DNA from: a virus | Direction: 5' to 3' (one strand) | DNA length: 10,280 bases | Virus genome (UHGV): UHGV-0222540 | Shown here: one piece after another, positions 6,375 to 10,280 of the stretch | Layout: each line of letters starts with the position of its first letter | How positions within the stretch are numbered: the stretch's first letter is position 1 | Notes under the pieces: model-generated | Seen by the model: only the letters and a program-made list of their open reading frames with translations | Database searches by the model: none | Told to the model about the DNA's origin: nothing | Program-made: the position numbers and the translations under genes

Positions 6375-7394
6375 TTGGATAAGTTTGATGAGATTCATGT
6401 AGACATTGAATCTGAGCAGCAAGCCTTCGATTTGCTTGAAAGCTATCTTGATGGTTATGGTTTACCTGACAGTTTAAGTTTCAACGGATGGCCAAACCTT
6501 ACCATCAGATTAACCGGTGAAAAATTCAACAGATCGCTAACACCTTCAGTTATGAAGGGATTTGTTGAAATGCAAGCTCAAATCAACAAATCATATGCCC
6601 TTGCCAAGTACGGTGTCCCTGACGTCCGCAAACTGACCAAAGAAGAACTTGATGCCCTAGAAATAGAAGTTACGGTAGAACAGGGTTCTTCAATAGTAGA
6701 AATCAACATTGATGGCTTTTTAACCAAACTCACACAGGAACTTGTTGGTAAAATGAACGCAACTGAGATCATGTTTACTGTTCTCGGCGCAGCAGTCATC
6801 TGGGGCGGAGTAACAGTATTTAAACGGTTCTTGGACAACCGCAAAGATATTCGCCTTGCAGAAATTGCTAAGGATGGAGAGAAAGAACATCTCCGGACTA
6901 TGCAGATCATGAGCGAGCAAGAAACTAAACGCCTGCGGGTTATTTCAGAAATGATTGCGGAAAAACCACTTCTCGATAACATGGACCGTATGTCGTATGA
7001 CGCTAAAACCCAAATGGTCAAATCCTTTGTGCGTTCAGATAACGCTCAAATTGATGGCGTTACTATTGATTCTGAAATGGCGAAAGAGTTGGTTACGAAT
7101 GCTCGTAGACGTTCATCAGAAATGAGGATTGATGGTATTTACCGAATTGAAGAAGTCAATAATACTGACCCAGAGAGTTTCAAAGTTAAGGTCCGACGCG
7201 TAGATACCGACCAACGTCTAACCTGCGTAGTTCAGGATGTTTTCCTTGATGAATCCGGAAACAAAGAAGCATTGCAGCGAGCTGAGTGGGAAAGAAAGCC
7301 TGTACATTTGAGCATTAACGCAAAACACGTCGATGGTGACATTAAGTCAGCAGTAATTCTCTATGTTCGAGATGTGGAACAAAAGCCCGAGTAA
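6375..7394 (+). CDS. Uncharacterised 339-aa protein with one predicted central transmembrane helix (cargo gene; candidate phage-defence/exclusion function)
   Basis: Long ORF on the strand opposite to all flanking phage genes. Visibly AT-rich against GC-richer flanks. Likely TTG start at 6375 with GAGGA 7 nt upstream; the first in-frame ATG at 6552 has no Shine-Dalgarno. Acidic N-terminal region of about 130 aa, one hydrophobic stretch (IMFTVLGAAVIWGGVTVF) followed by a positively charged patch (KRFLDNRKDIR), then a roughly 185-aa charged C-terminal domain. No family recognised. Confidence 0.7.
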   Translation: MDKFDEIHVDIESEQQAFDLLESYLDGYGLPDSLSFNGWPNLTIRLTGEKFNRSLTPSVMKGFVEMQAQINKSYALAKYGVPDVRKLTKEELDALEIEVTVEQGSSIVEINIDGFLTKLTQELVGKMNATEIMFTVLGAAVIWGGVTVFKRFLDNRKDIRLAEIAKDGEKEHLRTMQIMSEQETKRLRVISEMIAEKPLLDNMDRMSYDAKTQMVKSFVRSDNAQIDGVTIDSEMAKELVTNARRRSSEMRIDGIYRIEEVNNTDPESFKVKVRRVDTDQRLTCVVQDVFLDESGNKEALQRAEWERKPVHLSINAKHVDGDIKSAVILYVRDVEQKPE

Positions 7395-7402
7395 TCGGGC
7401 TT
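7383..7402. terminator. Bidirectional terminator hairpin shared by convergent Q and the cargo gene
   Basis: AAGCCCGA-gtaa-TCGGGCTT, 8-bp stem; the loop contains the TAA stop of the plus-strand ORF. On the minus strand the stem is followed by TTTTGTT, 5 nt after the Q stop (7409..7411). Plus-strand downstream sequence is A/T-rich but not a clean U-tract. Confidence 0.55.
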
Positions 7403-7408
7403 CAATAA

Positions 7409-7786
7409 TCAATCTTTAACTTCGGGGTCCATCTCTAGACTAATTTCCAACATCGATAGGCAGCCATCAATAAACCCCTCAGCCATCTGTATCTCAATGC
7501 GTATTAGTTTCTCATCCTTTTTACGAGCCTTGGCGAGCTTTCTTTTAGAGATACCGTATAGGTAATGGGCAACAAGAAGCGAGTGTTCTTCAGGTCTTTT
7601 TTGCTTTAGACGAGCAAGACAACCTTCAATAATTAATGCATCACTATCTGAACAAGCCTGACGTGTTTTGCTTGTATAGGGAAGAAGCCCTTTAAACCCA
7701 GCAGCTATAGGCGAATAGTCTACCCCAGAACTATCACTCGCCGCCCATGCCCCCCAACGATCCAGAACCATCTGAATATCACGCAT
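7409..7786 (-). CDS. Q: Late antiterminator Q (QuuD-like)
   Basis: N-terminus MRDIQMVLDRWGAWAA... and C-terminus ...AEGFIDGCLSMLEISLEMD closely resemble E. coli prophage QuuD as I recall it. The ATG at 7786 has a GGAG Shine-Dalgarno about 9 nt upstream; the ORF-track start at 7801 is a TTG. Confidence 0.85.
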   Translation of the reverse strand: MRDIQMVLDRWGAWAASDSSGVDYSPIAAGFKGLLPYTSKTRQACSDSDALIIEGCLARLKQKRPEEHSLLVAHYLYGISKRKLAKARKKDEKLIRIEIQMAEGFIDGCLSMLEISLEMDPEVKD

Positions 7787-7803
7787 CAACTTTCTCCACA
7801 AAA

Positions 7804-8799
7804 TCAGGCCAGCACGCCAATTGCCAGCGCGCGATCGATAAAACGAAATATCAGCTCCAGCTGGGAGCCATACTTCTCTTCAAATGCCACGGTATCCGCA
7901 TGCAGCTCGTCGTGATGCTTTCTGCACAAAGGCAACACAAAGAGGTCATGCGCTTTTGTACCCATTCCCCCCTGACCGTGGCCTATCAGGTGGTGGGGAT
8001 CATCAGCGGGCTTTCCACAACATGCACACGGCTGTGTCTTAACCCAGCGCGTGTACTTTTCATTAACCCAGCGGCGACGTTTTGGGCGTAACATAAAAGA
8101 CTCCGGCGACTCCGGATCCACTTTCAGCGCCAGCACCTTTTTTGCCTTATCCTGGATGATGCTGGTGGCAGGAACCGAAGGCACAAGGTCACTTTCCCGG
8201 GTGACAGACGGCACAACAGGCTTTGGTAATCTCAGTGCCTTACGGGCTGCACTTTCCGGTAAGGCATCCGCCAGGTCATTACGAATCAGCCACCAGCACA
8301 GTTCCGGCATTGTCACAACGTGACTATCATCAAAACCGAGATCCCGACGCACAACAGACAACACCCAGCGGGCACAGTTATCCGTTGCCATTGATTCCAG
8401 CCGTTCCGTGAACTGATCGCGCAGCTGGTTATCACAGTGCCAGCACAGACGGATTGCGCCCGGAGCGTGTCGCATTGTGGTCATGTTCTCGCTGTGCCAG
8501 TCGGAATGAGGCCACTGGCAGCCTTTTTCACGAAGTAACCAGCTTTCAAGACATTCCACGCCACCAGCACGACGGATCACTGCCTCATTGCGGAACACGG
8601 CCCGAACAGCAGGATCATCCGCCAGCGGTTGTGATGCCGCGGGAACGGCACCACTGGCGAAAGATGAATAACGTTCCGGCTCAGGCTCCAGCAGTACACG
8701 CCCCTGCATAAACAGGGGCATCAGCTCTGAACCTGGTCTGAACAATACGATCCCCATACGCGGGGCTATTTCAGGGGTCAGTAGTGCTCTCACGGTCAC
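7804..8799 (-). CDS. Prophage DUF968-like protein with C-terminal HNH-like zinc-binding motif
   Basis: 331-aa ORF between the KilA-N gene and Q. C-terminal CACCGKPADDPHHLIGHGQGGMGTKAHDLFVLPLCRKHHDELH looks like an HNH/zinc-finger nuclease signature. Family assignment (YdfU-like) is from memory. The start at 8799 is GTG, one nt after the upstream stop, with no clear Shine-Dalgarno, so the true start is uncertain. Confidence 0.75.
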   Translation of the reverse strand: MTVRALLTPEIAPRMGIVLFRPGSELMPLFMQGRVLLEPEPERYSSFASGAVPAASQPLADDPAVRAVFRNEAVIRRAGGVECLESWLLREKGCQWPHSDWHSENMTTMRHAPGAIRLCWHCDNQLRDQFTERLESMATDNCARWVLSVVRRDLGFDDSHVVTMPELCWWLIRNDLADALPESAARKALRLPKPVVPSVTRESDLVPSVPATSIIQDKAKKVLALKVDPESPESFMLRPKRRRWVNEKYTRWVKTQPCACCGKPADDPHHLIGHGQGGMGTKAHDLFVLPLCRKHHDELHADTVAFEEKYGSQLELIFRFIDRALAIGVLA

Positions 8800-8800
8800 C

Positions 8801-9610
8801 TCAATGAACGGTATCGAGCAACTTTAACAGCTCAGGGAATCGGGATTCGAAGAAATGCGGCTGCGTCTCGCGCGGATTTGCGGGACTGGTGATGTTCTTG
8901 CCGAACATGCAGCCTTTCGCCGTCAGCGACCAGAATTTTTTGATGTTGTTAATCGCAGTGCGGCTGTATCGTTCACGTTGTTCAACGATCCCCAGCTTCG
9001 CCATCTGGTGATATGCCTGATTAGCTGTCAGGCGGATACCATACTGCTTCAGCAGTGCACTCAATGATAGCGTGGGGCGGCTTGAGCCATCAGGCGCGTC
9101 AGCAGGAGCATCAATGGCATAGCGCGGTGCCAGATTCGGTAAGCCAACAGCCTCCTGGAGTTTCTGACAGGCACCAAGCACTGAAGAGTTAGACAGGTTT
9201 AACTCCCGGCGCATAAAGTCCAGCAGGATCACGCCAGCCTGCATCTTGTCAGCAGCCTGTCCGGATAATTTTTCCGGTGCGCTGGTTACCATATCGAAAG
9301 TACGGATCACCTTCAGATGGAATGACGGGCTGATCCACATTGCATAGGCATACACCAGTTCCTTGCAGACATACGTTCCCCGTTCATTTCCCCCATGAAT
9401 CACACTCACCGGGTCAACACCCAAATTCTGGGTGTTGGTCAATTCATGAACAAGCTCAACAGTTTGTTGGCTGGAAAGAAACTTTCCCGGCTCCTTGGTT
9501 CTGGCATTTGCACCAGATGCTACTGCTGCGCGATGCAGATCGTTCAGGCTGTAACGCCCATAAGCATCACGACGAACTTCAATACCATCAATGACCATCA
9601 GATTATTCAT
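8801..9610 (-). CDS. KilA-N domain protein (Roi / antirepressor-like)
   Basis: N-terminal region (VIDGIEVRRDAYGRYSLNDLHRA...GTYVCKELVYAYAMWISPSFHLKV) has the conserved pattern of KilA-N domains found in phage Roi/antirepressor proteins. ATG 9610 with AGGAG Shine-Dalgarno upstream. Confidence 0.8.
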   Translation of the reverse strand: MNNLMVIDGIEVRRDAYGRYSLNDLHRAAVASGANARTKEPGKFLSSQQTVELVHELTNTQNLGVDPVSVIHGGNERGTYVCKELVYAYAMWISPSFHLKVIRTFDMVTSAPEKLSGQAADKMQAGVILLDFMRRELNLSNSSVLGACQKLQEAVGLPNLAPRYAIDAPADAPDGSSRPTLSLSALLKQYGIRLTANQAYHQMAKLGIVEQRERYSRTAINNIKKFWSLTAKGCMFGKNITSPANPRETQPHFFESRFPELLKLLDTVH

Positions 9611-9629
9611 ACTTCGTTTCTCCTCTTAA

Positions 9630-10019
9630 TCAGGCGGCTGCACCCGCCGTTTTCTCGTACTTACTGATAGTGATCTCGACCTTCCCTTCCGGGATAACCG
9701 GTCCCCACTCCACCAGCATTCTTTTCACCTGACTGTCGTCTTCCCACACACCCGCGTGGGTCAGGGCGTCAAACAGCGCCTTGTTATAGTTGTCCAGATC
9801 GCGGATCCGGTTATCCGGAGGAAACAACACGATCTCCACTGAAGCAGGTGCCGACGTTGGTTTCGGCAGACGACGTAACTGCTCAACTATTGCTGCGCAC
9901 GCCGCGCTCTGGAATTTTCGCCCCGCCGCGCTTATCAGACTCTTACCAGCAAACGCCCCTTTGTTGGGGTGTCGCCAGTACGTGTTCACGCTGGGCGGGA
10001 AAGGCAAGATCAGCTTCAT
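9630..10019 (-). CDS. rusA: RusA-family Holliday junction resolvase
   Basis: 129 aa. N-terminal LPFPPSVNTYW and the catalytic-region pattern RIRDLDNYNKALFDALTHAGVWEDDSQV closely parallel E. coli RusA (RRRDLDN...AFDALTKAGFW.DDAQV). Confidence 0.9.
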   Translation of the reverse strand: MKLILPFPPSVNTYWRHPNKGAFAGKSLISAAGRKFQSAACAAIVEQLRRLPKPTSAPASVEIVLFPPDNRIRDLDNYNKALFDALTHAGVWEDDSQVKRMLVEWGPVIPEGKVEITISKYEKTAGAAA

Positions 10020-10091
10020 ACTTTCAGGCCTCTCTCATGTAACCAGTGGGCTGCACGCAGCCTGGCGTTTTCCTCACCGGCAAGCAGTGCG
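9974..10091. repeat. Left arm of a perfect 118-bp inverted repeat
   Basis: 9974..10091 is the exact reverse complement of 10163..10280, checked base by base. First mismatch is at 10092/10162. The arm covers the rusA start and its upstream region. Confidence 0.9.
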
Positions 10092-10162
10092 CGGATAATC
10101 CCGACCGCCTCGCTGTCGTCGTCCTTCACCGCGGTATGAAGCGTTATCCCCCGGGCCACGCC

Positions 10163-10280
10163 CGCACTGCTTGCCGGTGAGGAAAACGCCAGGCTGCGTG
10201 CAGCCCACTGGTTACATGAGAGAGGCCTGAAAGTATGAAGCTGATCTTGCCTTTCCCGCCCAGCGTGAACACGTACTGGC
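10163..10280. repeat. Right arm of the inverted repeat (runs to window end, may extend further)
   Basis: Reverse complement of 9974..10091. Contains a plus-strand copy of the rusA 5' end (ATG at 10236, MKLILPFPPSVNTYW...) with the same Shine-Dalgarno. The 71-bp spacer 10092..10162 is unique. Confidence 0.9.

Noticed and set aside
6578-7021. Minus-strand ORFs 6578..7021 and 6720..6920 inside the 339-aa cargo gene
   Set aside because: Antisense to a longer ORF that has a good Shine-Dalgarno; their translations are Ser/Arg/Ile-rich low-complexity sequence typical of antisense frames in AT-rich DNA.
7747-10098. Plus-strand ORFs across Q, DUF968, KilA-N and rusA (7747..8091, 8051..8323, 8223..8411, 8454..8711, 8855..9067, 9340..9594, 9395..9667, 9790..10098, 9848..10042)
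   Set aside because: All are antisense to well-supported minus-strand genes and lack start signals; I treat them as spurious.
1-10280. CRISPR arrays, rRNA/tRNA genes, transposase or IS elements, and stx toxin genes at the Q-S slot
   Set aside because: No regularly spaced short direct repeats, no rRNA/tRNA-like sequence, no transposase-like ORF or terminal inverted repeats typical of IS elements, and no ORF resembling Stx A/B subunits were seen.

Overview
This window is the late-region junction of a lambdoid prophage, almost entirely encoded on the minus strand. Reading in the direction of transcription (high to low coordinates): RusA resolvase, a KilA-N (Roi-like) protein, a DUF968-like protein, antiterminator Q, a small ORF, an orphan beta-class N6-adenine DNA methyltransferase, a lambda-like lysis cassette (S holin, R endolysin, Rz/Rz1 spanins), then an HK97-style packaging module (HNH endonuclease, putative cos region, terminase small and large subunits). 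Two plus-strand cargo genes interrupt this backbone at classical moron slots. The main candidate for an undescribed function is a 339-aa protein with one predicted transmembrane helix (6375..7394), wedged between Q and the lysis genes where Stx phages carry stx. The second is a 101-aa zinc-ribbon protein (2894..3199) between Rz/Rz1 and HNH, where lambda carries bor. Neither matches any family I recognise; calling the first a defence or exclusion gene is inference from position, orientation and composition only. The window also ends in a perfect 118-bp inverted repeat that mirrors the rusA 5' region, which is either a real inverted duplication or a fold-back assembly artefact. All family assignments are from recalled sequence similarity and motifs, not from a database search.
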